A stretch of DNA of 64,000 bases from the NCBI GenBank assembly GCA_002269645.1, contig NIVC01002090.1:10781-74780 (forward strand). The letters run 5' to 3'. Under the pieces are notes generated by a model. That model was not told the DNA's origin. It saw only the letters and a list, made by a program, of their open reading frames with translations, and did not search any database. The position numbers and the translations under genes are program-made. Of this stretch, positions 48,300-62,117 are shown piece by piece; position 1 is the first letter of the stretch; each line of letters starts with the position of its first letter. The DNA comes from Macrostomum lignano. Taxonomy: Eukaryota.

Positions 48300-48990
48300 C
48301 CCCACTCTTGCTCTTCTTACATCTTTCTGCCCCCTCCCTTTGGCTTCTCCCATCTCTTCACTCTCTCCCTACACCCTGCCTTCTTTTTTAAACTAAACTA
48401 TCTTCCCTTTTCTCTCCCTCTCTTCTCCCCCTCTTCTCCCTCTTCTCCCCCCTCTTCTCTCCTCTTCCCCTGTTCTCCCCCTCTTCTCTCCCTGTTCTCC
48501 CTCTTCTCTCCTCTCTTCTCTCCCTCTTCTCCTTCTTCTCTTCCTCTTCTCCCTCTCTCTCTTCTCCCCCTCTTCTCCCCCTCTTCTCTCCCCTCTTCTC
48601 TCCCCTCTTCTCTCCCTCTTCTCTCCCCTCTTCTCTCCTCTTCCCCTGTTCTCCCCCCTCTTCTCTCCCTGTTCTCCCTCTTCTCTCCTCTCTTCTCTCC
48701 CTCTTCTCTCCCTCTTCTCTCCCTCTCTCTCTTCTCTCCCCTCTTCTCCCCCTCTTCTCTCCCCTCTTCTCTCCCCCTCTTCTCTCCCATCTTCTCTCCC
48801 TCTTCTCTTCCCTTCTTTTTCTTCTCTTCTCTCCCCCTCCGCTCTCCTTTCTCCCCATATTCTCTTCCCGTCTCTCTCTCCATTCTCCCTTCCTCTTCTC
48901 TCTTCTCTTCTCTTCTTTATCTTCCATTCCTCCTCGTTATCTTCATTTCTTTTCTCCCCTCACCTCTTTTGTCTCTCACTCTTTTCTCCA
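48300..48990 (+). repeat. CT-rich low-complexity tract
   Basis: Nearly pure pyrimidine on +; source of the spurious E/R/G/K-rich minus-strand ORFs. Confidence 0.9.
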
Positions 48991-49648
48991 GTCTTTCAGT
49001 CTCCAGTCAAAATGTTGGCTTTTTTACTGCATGGATTATTATTCTTCCTGCACGGTCGCTATTCGTATCAGAGGCAAATTATTCATTTGCAGAGGCCAGT
49101 AGAACATTTTACTAGCGATTTACATGTACTAACTATAATCCTTCCGATTATATTCATCGTCACGTTTTTTTCCTGCCCTGGCCTTGCATTTTGTTCAATC
49201 AATCCTTTCTTCCCTAAGAAGTGAAAGTTCTAGCTCGTAAAAGATCAAAAAGCCCAGGCAGTTCAACAATTGACGGCAGCCTGGCGGCTTCTATAGCCAT
49301 GCCTTTGTTTTGCAACTCGCGGGGGTTGCTCTATTGCTCCCCTCTTCTGCTCTCGGTTTTCTCTGTGCTTAATTTCGGACAAAACTGGCTTTCTTTCACT
49401 GCGACGGCGGCGGCGGCGGCTGTCGAGAGGTTAAAAATGGATTTCCTGGGTTGCTTGACATTTCTCTCTCACTATGAATTAGCAACTGCAGATCGAGTTG
49501 CATTTAGGCTGTGGCCCAGCTTCTGGAGTAGAGAGGGGGGCTTCGACACAGGGACCTCTTCTTTGATACTTGGACTGTTAAATAATCTTTTACCGCTAGT
49601 TAAGAGCTACGAGTACACAAGAGAAGTAGCTTGCGCACCTTGATTACA

Positions 49649-49720
49649 GAGCAGCTCAGTGGTTAAACTGGTCTGACTCTCGTGCCACAGTGCCCTGGCC
49701 CCGGGCTCGATTCCGTCCGG
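49649..49720 (+). mobile_element. tRNA-derived SINE head
   Basis: AGCTCAGTGGTTAA (A-box/D-arm-like), GTCTGACTCTCG, and GGGCTCGATTCC (B-box-like); followed by a (TAAC)n tail. Confidence 0.6.
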
Positions 49721-49745
49721 AGTCACATCATTTGGGACCTGGGAC

Positions 49746-50395
<650 letters not shown>

Positions 50396-51269
50396 ACAAA
50401 TTAACTAACTAATTAATAAATTAACCAAATAAAAGACAGCCTTTTTAACTAAATATCGTATTAATTAATAAATTTACTAAGCAAAACTGTACAAATTTTA
50501 GTGAAACCACCCTTTAAATTTGAATGTCGCTTCCAGTCCATATATACAAGAGGTCCCTGTCTCTCTGTGTTGGTGTTTTTGATAGGCCCACTGCGGCCTT
50601 GTGAATGGACTGCCAACTGGGTCAACTTGCACCCAAGCCTCTGAAACTGTGCCAGGAAAGTTTATATTATAGCGGAAGCTTGAATTGTTCGACATCAAAT
50701 GTGTGCGCATAATTTTTGTGTGTATAACAGCATCTTTATGAGAAAAGGAACTTCTAAGAAACAACACAATCATGGATTACGGACATTCCAGTTGCCTACT
50801 AATAGGTCAACGCTCCACGGTTTTGTGTGAGTCTTTTTCATTTTTTAACTGGACGACTGGCCAATCGATTTGACCTGTTTGTGGTTTTCAAGTTCTGACA
50901 GATCTGCTCTTTCGTCACACAGGCATTGTCCATTCATCACGTATTCAGGCAGGCCAAGTGCGCTTTGATGGATGCCTCGTCAGTCAAACAGGGCCTGCGG
51001 TAGGACAGAACAAGCCAGTTGCCGGCTGGCAGCCGCGATCTAACAAAAGAAGCTTTTATCCTCCCCTCCCCCCAAGCACTGAAGCTATAGTATGGGTCTC
51101 TGATTGTCGGGAGCACTTTTTGCGGCTGTTTTATAGATGAATGCTGCTGCTGAATTTCTAACTGGGTGTCGTGAATGGGATGTTGGGGGATCTGATTTTT
51201 TTAGCACCCTCTGCTGCTTGCTTTCGGATGCAGTCTTTGAGGTTTGGCGCTTCCTTTCTTTGCATTTGA

Positions 51270-54065
51270 GCTCTGGCATCACCTAACTCAAATATGACGT
51301 CTGGCATCATAGAAATCTTATGTATTTAGGGTTTGACATCATCTCCCTGCAATGTATTTGGGGTCTGGCATCATCTCCCTGCAATGTATTTGAGGTTTGG
51401 CATCACCTAACTCATATATGGCGTCTGGCATCATAGAATTCTTATGTATTTAGGGTTTGACATCATCTCCCTGCAATGTATTTGGGGTCTGGCATCATCT
51501 CCCTGCAATGTATTTGAGGTTTGGCATCACCTAACTCATATATGGCGTCTGGCATCATAGAATTCTTATGTATTTAGGGTTTGACATCATCTCCCTGCCA
51601 TGTATTTGGGGTCTGTTATCTGCCTTCCTCCCATTTGTATTCGAGGTCTGGCATCATCTCCCTCCCATGTATTTGGGGTCTGGCAAAATTGCCCTGCCAT
51701 GTATTTGGGGTCTGGCATCATCTCCCTGCCATGTATTTGAGGTCTGGCATCATCTCCCTCCCATGTATTTGAGGTCTGACATCTCCTTCCCATGTATTCG
51801 AGGTCTGGCATCATCTCCCTCCCATGTATTTGGGGTCTGGCAAAATTGCCCTGCCATGTATTTGGGGTCTGGCATCATCTCCCTGCCATGTATTTGAGGT
51901 CTGGCATCATCTCCCTCCCATGTATTTGAGGTCTGACATCTCCTTCCCATGTATTTGAGGCCTGGCATCATCTCCCTGCCATGTATTCGAGGTCTGACAT
52001 CATCTCCTTCCCATGTATTTGAGGCCTGGCATCATCTCCCTGCCATGTATTTGGGGTCTGGCATCATCTCCCTGCCATGTATTTGGGGTCTGGCATCATC
52101 TCCTTCCCATGTATTTGGGGTCTGGCATCAACTCCCTGCCATGTATTTGAGGTCTGACATCATCTCCTGTCTATGTATTTGAGGCCTGGCATCAACTCCC
52201 TGCCATGTATTTGAGGTCTGACATCATCTCCTTCCTATGTATTTGAGGCCTGGCATCATCTCCCTGCCATGTATTTAGGGTCTGGCATCATCTCCCTGCC
52301 ATGTATTTGAGGTCTGGCATCATCTCCCCATGTATTTGAGGTCTGGCATCATCTCCCTGCCATGTATTTAGGGTCTGGCATCATCTCCCTGCCATGTATT
52401 TGGGGTCTGGCATCATCTCCTTCCCATGTATTTGGGGTCTGGCATCAACTCCCTGCCATGTATTTGAGGTCTGACATCATCTCCTTCCTATGTATTTGAG
52501 GCCTGGCATCATCTCCCTGTCATGTATTTGGGGTCTGGCATCAACTCCCTGCCATGTATTTGAGGTCTGACATCATCTCCTTCCTATGTATTTGAGGCCT
52601 GGCATCATCTCCCTGCCATGTATTTAGGGTCTGGCATCATCTCCCTCCCATGTATTTGAGGTCTGGCATCATCTCCCCATGTATTTGAGGTCTGGCATCA
52701 ACTCCCTCCCATGTATTTGAGGTCTGGCATCATCTCCCCATGTATTTAAGGTCTGGCATCAACTCCCTGCCATGTATTTGGGGTCTAGCATCATCTCCCT
52801 CCCATATATTTGAGGTCTGGCATCATCTCCTTCCCATGCATTTGAGGTCTGGCATCAACTCCCTGCCATGTATTTGAGGTCTGGCATCATCTCCCTGCCA
52901 TGTATTTGGGGTCTGGCATCATCTCCCTCCCATGTATTTGAGGTCTGACATCTCCTTCCCATGTATTTGAGGCCTGGCATCATCTCCCTGCCATGTATTC
53001 GAGGTCTGACATCATCTCCTTCCCATGTATTTGAGGTCTGGCATCATCTCCCTGCCATGTATTTGAGGTCTGGCATCATCTCCCTCCCATATATTTGAGG
53101 TCTGGCATCATCTCCCTCCCATATATTTGAGGTCTGGCATCATCTCCCTCCCATATATTTGAGGTCTGGCATCATCTCTCTCCCATATATTTGAGGTCTG
53201 GCATCATCTCCCTCCCATATATTTGAGGTCTGGCATCATCTCCCTCCCATATATTTGAGGTCTGGCATCATCTCCCTCCCATATATTTGAGGTCTGGCAT
53301 CATCTCCCTCCCATATATTTGAGGTCTGGCATCATCTCCCTCCCATATATTTGAGGTCTGGCATCATCTCCCTCCCATATATTTGAGGTCTGGCATCATC
53401 TCCCTCCCATATATTTGAGGTCTGGCATCTCCTTCCCATGTATTTGAGGCCTGGTATCATCTCCCTGCCATGTATTTGAGGTCTGACATCATCTCCTTCC
53501 CATGTATTTGAGGCCTGGCATCATCTCCCTGCCATGTATTTAGGGTCTGGCATCATCTCCCTGCCATGTATTTGGGGTCTGGCATCATCTCCTGTCTATG
53601 TATTTGGGGTCTGGCATCAACTCCCTGCCATGTATTTGAGGTCTGACATCATCTCCTTCCTATGTATTTGAGGCCTGGCATCATCTCCCTGTCATGTATT
53701 TGGGGTCTGGCATCAACTCCCTGCCATGTATTTGAGGTCTGACATCATCTCCTTCCTATGTATTTGAGGCCTGGCATCATCTCCCTGTCATGTATTTGGG
53801 GTCTGGCATCAACTCCCTGCCATGTATTTGAGGTCTGACATCATCTCCTTCCTATGTATTTGAGGCCTGGCATCATCTCCCTGCCATGTATTTAGGGTCT
53901 GGCATCATCTCCCTCCTATGTATTTGGGGTCTGGCATCATCTCCTGTCTATGTATTTGGGGTCTGGCATCAACTCCCTGCCATGTATTTGAGGTCTGACA
54001 TCATCTCCCTTCCATGTATTTGAGGTCTGGCATCATCTCCCTCCCATGTATTTGGGTTCTGTTAT
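51270..54065 (+). repeat. 32-bp minisatellite (GGTCTGGCATCATCTCCCTGCCATGTATTTGA)n
   Basis: Direct periodicity over about 2.8 kb. Confidence 0.95.
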
Positions 54066-54640
54066 CTGCCTCCGATCTCTTTAAAAGGTCCTAAAAGATC
54101 CTTAATCCGTTATGCATTCTTTTTTCTCTCTCTTCATCTGCCTCTTCTGCCTGCAATGCGCCTCTCATGCACCCGTTTCAGACCCTTTGCCGGTCATTTT
54201 ACCCATCTATTATGCAACTGCTGCACCTGATGCCAGTGTGGATTTTCTTACGTACTAAAGAGAATAGTTTGTAGAATTTGGTCTTGCATCCGGTTGGGCT
54301 TAAGCCCCCAAAGCTCCAGGCTATGCCTACTCATCCTACTCATGAGTGGAATTAGTGTATGCAGCTCTTTGCTTTGTTTCCCCGTGTCCTATTCACCGCT
54401 GCGTCTCTGTAGCCCAGGCTCTTTGCCTATCAATAATCTGCCTATTACTGCTATGTAGCATCATTATTTATACTACTTGAATGAATCTATAATGAAACTC
54501 AATGCGCTCTGGGGCGCCATTAGGAAAAATGCGCGCACAGCATTATGAGTCGATCGCCTTCTGACTCATGCTGCGTACTTTTCGATTAGGACAGCTCTGC
54601 TCCGCATAGGCATGTCTGTCATTTTGATCCTCTCTCCTTC

Positions 54641-54651
54641 CTGTCTGTCTT

Positions 54652-54689
<38 letters not shown>

Positions 54690-54697
54690 CATCTGTC

Positions 54698-54780
<83 letters not shown>

Positions 54781-54804
54781 GCCGTCTGTCTGTCTGTCTG
54801 TCCA

Positions 54805-54847
<43 letters not shown>

Positions 54848-54854
54848 GCCTGCC

Positions 54855-54913
<59 letters not shown>

Positions 54914-55035
54914 TTTTTAGTGTCAGTCTGTCTGTCTGTCTGTCTGTCTGTCTGCCTGTCTGTCTGTCTGCATGTTTATCTGTCTGTGTGTGTCTGTCTG
55001 TCTTAGTGTCTGTCTCTGTCTTGGTGTCTGTCTAT
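54641..55035. repeat. (CTGT)n microsatellite
   Basis: Visible directly. Confidence 0.95.
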
Positions 55036-56180
55036 CTGTTTTTTTCAGTCTAATTTTTAAGGTTAATCGAAGTAAAAAAAACTTGTCCCCAATTTGACTA
55101 CCGAATAAACTGTATTAAGGCAAAAAGTATATGCTGAGAGATTGGCTCTGTCAGATTGAATCCCTTTAATCTATTCTCCATCCAGATCATGGTCAAGCCT
55201 ACTACTTCTTTTGCGACTCTAAAAGTCTTTTGATCTTCTTAATCTATTATCTCTTTAACTCTTTCTCATTCTCTTTATCCACCTATGCTACACTCGATCA
55301 CTGCCCCCTCTCGCCCCCTCTGACTTTGGTACTGAATCGCCACGTGACTGATTGGGGCATTGGGTGAGAGAGCTGGAGCGAGCCAGAAAATCTCCTTTGG
55401 AATTGCTGCTTTATTCAGTCCCGTGTGTCCCCGCTGTGTCTTAATCTCGGTCGAATCTTTCGCGTCAGCTCGCTTGTCTTCTCCGGCCCCAATCCCTTGC
55501 AAGCTCTCCGGCGTCTCGGTCTTTAAAATGAATTTCCCCTTCTCCCCCTCTCTCTTCCCCTACTAGCTCCTAAGCATAGCTTTATAGTGCTCGCTGGACT
55601 GGACGCCACGCCGCTCTGTGACTGGCCAGGGACAGCTGCTGCTCAGCTCGTTCTCCCGTTAGCCCCACCTCTGCCTACCTACAGTACCTACTTACCTACC
55701 CATCTACTGGGCGCGAGCGATCCTTTGCGTTCCTTCTCCCCTTTCTATACCTACCAGATCAGTGGTTAGCCTACATAGCTGTTCCTTTAGTAGCTTATTT
55801 CTTTATTACTTTAGAGACAGATGTTTGTCGCTTACAGCATCGGCGGCAGCGGCGGTGAAAGTCCTTGCCCTAGTTAAATCCCCTGTTGATTAATAAATCA
55901 ATCATAACCAGATTCGAGTCGTCTGCTCTCCCGGAGAACAAACTCATCTGCATATTGTTTCTTTAGGTTCAGCTATTATATATATATAGAAACCTGTTAA
56001 GGTAGAATTATGTTTTCCTCCTATTGCGACGAGTATACGCTGATGAATACTTATAGAGCCTCTTATGCAACTGCGGCCGCTGAGACCTGCCAATGTAAGT
56101 CTAACGACGCTCCGAGTCTGTTTAATGAGGTTACAACAATCATAACTGCCATTCACTGGCACTAGTAGACGTTGCTAAAG

Positions 56181-56470
56181 TTCTCAATTGTGTCCCTAGG
56201 TACTCATTTCTGTATCCCTAGGTTTTCATTTCTGTGTCCTTAGGTTCTCATTTCTGTCCCTAGGTTCTCATTTCTGTGTCCCTAGGTACTCATTTCTGTG
56301 TCCCTAGGTTCTCATGTCTGTGTCCCTTGGTTCTCATTTCTGTGTCCCTTGGTTCTCATTTCTGTGTCCCTAGGTTCTCATGTCTGTGTCCCTAGGTACT
56401 CATTTCTGTGTCCCTAGGTTCTCATGTCTGTGTCCCTAGGTTTTTATGTGTGTTTCTAGGTTCCCTAGGT
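56181..56470 (+). repeat. About 22-bp minisatellite (CCTAGGTTCTCATTTCTGTGTC)n
   Basis: Direct periodicity. Confidence 0.9.
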
Positions 56471-57102
56471 GTTATGGTTACCATCTGGCTCTCACGTTAG
56501 AGAGGACCTAAGGATCTTTTTTTTAGAAACGATGAGAACCCAGAGCATATTTTTTCCATCTCTAAACGCCATCCCGAGACTACATCAATGAGTTTACTCT
56601 CACGCAGGCTTAGAAAATTTAGGCTCCATCTCTGGAGGAGTCTGGACTCGATCGAAGAGCAATGGCGCGAGTATGATGAGGCACGCCACCGTTGAGGAGT
56701 CTGGGAGAGAAAGAATTGCCAGGCTCTATTTGGCTTAGAGAGGAGAAATATTGTCATTTCAGGCCGTCCCCTCAGCATCTCCAGCCAGAGAGAAAAACTA
56801 CGATGATGAACCAGATTGACAGAGCGGGCACAATCGGTCCGATGGTCCTTATCGATTTCTCTGCCTCTCTGCCTGCTGTGCAAGTCTTTTTACTACTCTA
56901 TATGCTTAACCTACTCATTCTAATATCCTTGGACGCTTGAATCCGGGTCAATCGAGGCAAAGTTCTGTAGTTAATGTAATTTCTACTTTATGTTGCAAAA
57001 TGCATTCAAATCACAGTGTCTGTAGATAAGGAATCCGCATCAGGAGCTCTTTTTGAAAGTAAATTTGCTCTGTCATATCCACTTTTGTTTTCGGTGTGTG
57101 TA

Positions 57103-57457
57103 GTATTGCTTTTGTCAGCCTAACTGAGAATAAAGCCATCCAAAGTGAGAATCCTGCCTACGCTGACTGCGAAGGGCCTGGCTGCGTGCAGCCTTAGTCT
57201 ATGGGCCATAGACAATAAAGGACAAGCAAAGTGATAAAAAGCCATCCAATGTGAGAATCGATTGGTCTATGCGTCGTATTCTTTTATTTTTATACCTTCT
57301 GAGCTTCTGAGCCATATGACTAGCCAATCCTAGCTTATCCTTTATAGTCTATGGCCCATAGACTAAGGCTGCACGCAGCCAGGCCCTTCGCAGTCAGCGT
57401 AGGCAGGATTCTCACTTTGGATGGCTTTATTCTCAGTTAGGCTGACAAAACCAATAG
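57103..57457. mobile_element. MITE with about 120-bp terminal inverted repeats and flanking TA
   Basis: 57110-57222 is the reverse complement of 57338-57450 with about one mismatch, extendable outward with two mismatches; TA at 57101-57102 and 57458-57459. Confidence 0.75.
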
Positions 57458-58014
57458 TAGGCCCATTAGTAATCGGAATGCTCACAGCTGTCGCTACTCA
57501 ATGTAACTTGCGGAAAAGCCTTCAGAGTTGGAAAATCAATGTTACCCATTATATTCAAAGCATCATCGCGAGCTGGCCAGCAGTGTGTTCTTGCTTTTGC
57601 TTCTGCTTTTGCTTTGCCTGCTTGTCAAATGCCAGTTGATTTAAGTCGTCAGGCACGCGGCTAGATCACAAGGTCGATCGATGGGCCAATGGAAAATTGG
57701 AGGGGAGGCGGGGAATAAGAGAGGAGAATTGGGAATTTCAGAGAGAGAGGGGGACTTCTGTTGTCCTGCGCCCCGTTCCCTCGGGAAATCTAGAAAAATC
57801 TCTTTAAAGATGTAAACAGTAGCGAGAGAAAGAAAGCTAGTGTACTTACTATATAGGACCGCTGGCAGTTAAAAAACATTTTCTGGGTCTTTTTTAAAAC
57901 GGGCACTCAGCAAAGCTTATCAGATGGGTCATAAAATACCAGATAAATTTCGATTAACTAATCAAACCACTTCTATAGTTCAGGCGGTGAGAAAACTCTC
58001 AATTTGCTGTCAAC

Positions 58015-58675
58015 CATCAGACACAGACACCGTCAGGCACAGAAACTGTCAGACACAGACACCGTCAGACACAAAAGCCGTCAGACAGAAACTGTCAGAC
58101 ACAGACACCGTCAGACACAGACACAAAAGCCGTCAGACAGAAACTGTCAGACACAGACACCGTCAGACACAGACACCGTCAGACACAAAAGCCGTCAGAC
58201 AGAAACTGTCAGACACAGACACCGTCAGACACAGACACAAAAGCCGGCAGACAGAAACTGTCAGACACAGACACTGTCAGACACAAAAGCCGGCAGACAG
58301 AAACTGTCAGACACAGACACCGTCAGACACAAAAGCCGTCAGACAGAAACTGTCAGACACAGACACCGTCAGACACAGACACAAAAGCCGGCAGACAGAA
58401 ACTGTCAGACACAGACACCGTCTGACACAGACACAAAAGCCGGCAGACAGAAACTGTCAGACACAGACACCGTCAGACACAAAAGCCGTCAGACAGAAAC
58501 TGTCAGACACAGACACCGTCAGACACAGACACAAAAGCCGTCAGACAGAAACTGTCAGACACAGACACCGTCAGACACAAAAGCCGGCAGACACAAACTG
58601 TCAGATACAGACACCGTCAGACACAAAAACCGTCAGACACAAAAGCCGTCAGACGCAGAAACTGTCAGACAGAGA
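58015..58675 (+). repeat. Composite minisatellite of CAGACACAGACACCGT, CAGACACAAAAGCCGT and CAGACAGAAACTGT subunits
   Basis: Visible directly; source of spurious ORFs 57924..58871 and 58004..58714. Confidence 0.9.
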
Positions 58676-59521
58676 AACCGTGCAATTTCTACTTTCTGCT
58701 TCGTCCAGCGCTGAGGCTGTAACTGAAAGCGACAGCCAGATGAAGAAATATGGCTGCGACAGAAAAATGAAAGCTTTCGGGCTAATAATTATCTTTTTTT
58801 CAGACTGTACGCATACACAGGGTAGCTGTGCTGTCCTCTTCTCCATCCGTTGCTTTGACGTCTATATTTGAGTCCAACACATCAAGGCTGACCCGTGCTC
58901 GTATGCATTTGATGAAACGTTAGAAGAGTAAAAAAATAGCGTCTAAGCTGGTCCTGAGCTGTACGCAAAACCCTTTCGTATTCTCTTCAATTTCTTTTGC
59001 CAAAGCTTTTTCCCGCCTTCGTCTCTTCTTCTTCCGCTCAATTAACTGCCGCCTTGAACGGCTAATCCGCCCTGCCCTCCCTTCCCCATCTACCGCCCGT
59101 TGGCGACCAGGCGTCTCGCCAGTCGAATTCCCATAGTTGCCAGTCGCATCTTCCCTTACCCTTATTTTCTAATGCTGCTCAGTGCTCTCACCCCCCCCCC
59201 TATCTGGCTTCTCAGCTTGATCAGCCCTGGAGAGCTATGGAGATATTTCCCGCTGATCTTGCTCTCCCCCTGCCATCCCCACACTGCCTTCCATAATAAT
59301 AATAATAATAATATGTCGGTAGTATTATCCACCAACCCAGTCCGCTGCCTCGCTGCCCCCCCCCCCTACGCCGCTTCTTTCGAATATGCCTCAACTGGTC
59401 GGGAATATATGGTGAAGAACTCGTGGGATAAAAGAACGGGATGTATAAGCTAGTCTTGCGCTGGGCGCTCCAGCTCGCACAACCGCTCACTCTATGCTAT
59501 TGAATTGAATTCCATTTCCAG

Positions 59522-59573
59522 CCGAGATTGCTTTCCTGAGAGCCCAGCAGCAGCAGCAGCATCAACTAGAGCA

Positions 59574-59606
<33 letters not shown>

Positions 59607-60051
59607 CGACAGGCAGCACTCAGCCAGCAGCGGCGGCGGCGGCAGCAACGGTAGCTTTGGCTACGCCGACTCAAATTATCACGTAATTTACACGGGAACT
59701 CGAGTTCCAGCCTCTTCAGCTTATCCTATGCCTCATCATCAGCAGCAGCAGCATCATCAGCAAGTGCTGCACAATCGTCTTCAGCAGCAGCCGACTCCGC
59801 CGCCTTCGACATCTTCTTTAACGAATGCTTCAGCGTCCGCGTCGCCCGCTGCGCCGGCTGGTGCTGGCCACCGCTGCCAGTCCTGCGAGGCCCTGCAGTC
59901 GATGTGCGCAGCTCTGCATCGCAAACAGTCGGAGGCTGCTAGCGGACTGCGCGCCTCCGAGCAGGAGAAAACTACCCTGCGAATGCAGCTTGATCAGCTG
60001 GCGGCGGAGGCGCGCAGTCTGGCTGACGACCGGCTGACCCTGCTGAGACAG
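59522..60051 (+). CDS. dlg5: DLG5-like exon (AEIAFLRA, poly-Q, ...HRCQSCEALQSMCAALHRKQ...LADDRLTLLRQ)
   Basis: ccatttccag| acceptor (phase 1) and |gtaggc donor (phase 0); stop-free and in frame with ORF 59728..60069. Confidence 0.8.
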
Positions 60052-60546
60052 GTAGGCTGGGGCGATTAGCAACGACTGACGATATGTAGCGATATGTTAT
60101 GTAGGTAGAATCCGGCTAATCCGCCAAGCAAGACTGTCAATGGATAGAGCCAACTGATTACCGTGATTACCGATATGTAGCGACAGTAATCTAAATCTAG
60201 AATCAGACTTTTCAGTTACAATTTGCAACGACTACCGATATGTAGCGATAACAGTGTAAGAAGAATCTGGTTTAAAAGATCAGGATTTTGAGTTCAGCAT
60301 TGTTGTCAAAAAAGGGTTTAATAGCATTGATTAGCTATATGTAGCACTATCTAGTACAAATTAAGCCAATTGTTTGCTATAAGCAAGAACTAACGATATG
60401 TAGCGACAACAATCTAGATCTATATAACCAGGCTATGCAGCTATAATTAAAAATACAATGGCTACCGATATGTAGCGACATTAATATAGGAAAAAGAATT
60501 TGCTCATGTGTGGAATCGTCATCCTGATTACTCTTCCGGCTGTCAG

Positions 60547-61155
60547 GTTAGCGACCTGCGAGTGGCTCTCTACCGCGAGCAGGAGAACGCCCAGGCCGTG
60601 TCAACCGAATGGCGCAAAGTCATGTCCGAGCGTGCCGACGTTCACGAAGAGATTCGCCAATTAACTAGCCGCGGCGAACTGGCCGAAGATCGTCTGCGAG
60701 CCGTTGAAGCCCAACGCGACGAAGCTCTAGAAGCCTGTCGTCAGCGTCGATGCTGCGGCGGTGGCGAAGCGGCTGCCGAATTGGCCAAACTGCGCGAGGA
60801 GGCCGGCGACCTGCGCCAGCTGCAGGCCACGGCCAGGTCGCAGCGCGACTGGGCTCTGCAGCAGCGGGCTAGCGCGCTAGAGGAGCGCGAGGCGTTGCGC
60901 AACCTGTGCGAGCAGCTGCGCGCCGAACGGGACCAGGCGGTGTCGCGGCACGCCGACACGATGCAGCGATGCGACCTGCTGGAGGCGGAGAAACGCCAGC
61001 TGGCCAATCAGCTGCAGGAGGCTGCGGCCGCCGCCAACCAGTTTGCGGAAGCGGTTTCGGAGTCAAAGGATGCCGGCGAGACTGCGAAACCCGCTGTTCG
61101 GGACGGCCTGGTCAATGTTGATATTGGCCCCATTGGCAAGAACATCGGCTTCCAG
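60547..61155 (+). CDS. dlg5: DLG5 coiled-coil exon, ending in the first strands of PDZ1
   Basis: tgtcag| acceptor and |gtaggg donor. EWRKVMSERADVHEEIRQL...ELAEDRL and RDWALQQR...LCEQLRAERDQAVS match the DLG5 coiled coil as I recall it (EYKLIMSERDQVISEL...ELAESKL; RDWAFQER...LCDNLRRERDRAVS). Confidence 0.92.
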
Positions 61156-61264
61156 GTAGGGGCATCGGGCAACTTTTCACCTAGCTGTATGCGCTTCTAA
61201 CTTCATGCTTGGTTTTAGCTGGCTTCTGACTTAATGATTGGGTCTTCAGTAAGCCGACACGTCC

Positions 61265-62055
61265 TAGATCCTCAGTGTCTGGGCCAGCCTCCCAGATCCT
61301 CGGTGTCTGGGCCAGCCTCCCAGATCCTCGGTGTCTGGGCCAGCTCCCAGATCATCAGTTGCTGGGCCAGCCTCCCATGCAGGTCCTCAGTTGCTGGGCC
61401 AGCCTCCCATGCAGGTCCTTAGTTGCTGGGCCAGCCTCCCAGATCCTCAGTTGCTGGGCCAGCCTCCCAGATCCTCAGTTGCTGGGCCAGCCTTCCAGAG
61501 TGTCAGTTGCTGGGCCAGCCTGCCATGCAGGTCCTTAGTTGCGGGCCAGCCTCCCAGATCCTCAGATGCTGGGCCAGACTCCAGATCCTAAGTTGCTAGG
61601 GCCAGCCTCCCAGATCCTCAGTTGCTGGGCCAGCCTCCCAGATCCTCAGTTGCTAGGGCCAGCCTCCCAGATCCTCAGTTGCTGGGCCAGACTCCCAGAT
61701 CCTCAGATGCTGGGCCAGACTCCCAGATCCTCAGTTGCTGGGCCAGCCTCCCAGATCCTCAGTTGCTGGGCCAGCCTCCCAGATCCTCAGTTGCTGGGCC
61801 AGACTCCCAGATCCTCAGATGCTGGGCCAGACTCCCAGATCCTCAGTTGCTGGGCCAGCCTCCCAGATCCTCAGTTGCTGGGCCAGCCTCCCAGATCCTC
61901 AGTTGCTGGCCAGCCTCCCAGAGTGTCAGTTGTTGGGCCAGCCTCCCAGATCCTCAGTTGCTGGGCCAGCCTCCCAGATCATCAGTTGCTGGGCCAGCCT
62001 CCCAGAGTGTCAGTTTCTGGGCCAGCCTCCCAGATCCTCAGTTACTGGGCCATTT
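61265..62055 (+). repeat. 28-bp minisatellite, same family as 1543-2575
   Basis: Same consensus and orientation. Confidence 0.95.
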
Positions 62056-62117
62056 TACCATTTATTTTTAGCCATGCATGCCCCGCACTAAAAATATCCC
62101 TCTTACTTCCTGTTCAG

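Noticed and set aside
48388-48927. E/R/G/K-rich ORFs of 179 and 161 aa
   Set aside because: Reverse complement of a CT-rich tract.
56497-56940. ORFs of 128 aa (minus) and 82 aa (plus) in unique-looking sequence
   Set aside because: No recognisable domain and no phase-compatible splice sites that I could support.
57924-58871. ORFs of 315 and 236 aa (QTQTPSDTKAVRQKL repeats)
   Set aside because: Composite minisatellite translation.
60075-60485. CRISPR array
   Set aside because: Eukaryotic intron, short imperfect repeats, irregular spacer lengths and no cas genes; kept only as a spaced-motif finding.
61539-62117. N-terminal 193 aa of the 694-aa ORF
   Set aside because: Intronic 28-bp minisatellite that happens to be in frame; the real exon starts at the acceptor before 62118, which rejoins PDZ1 (IGFQ|VTGG).
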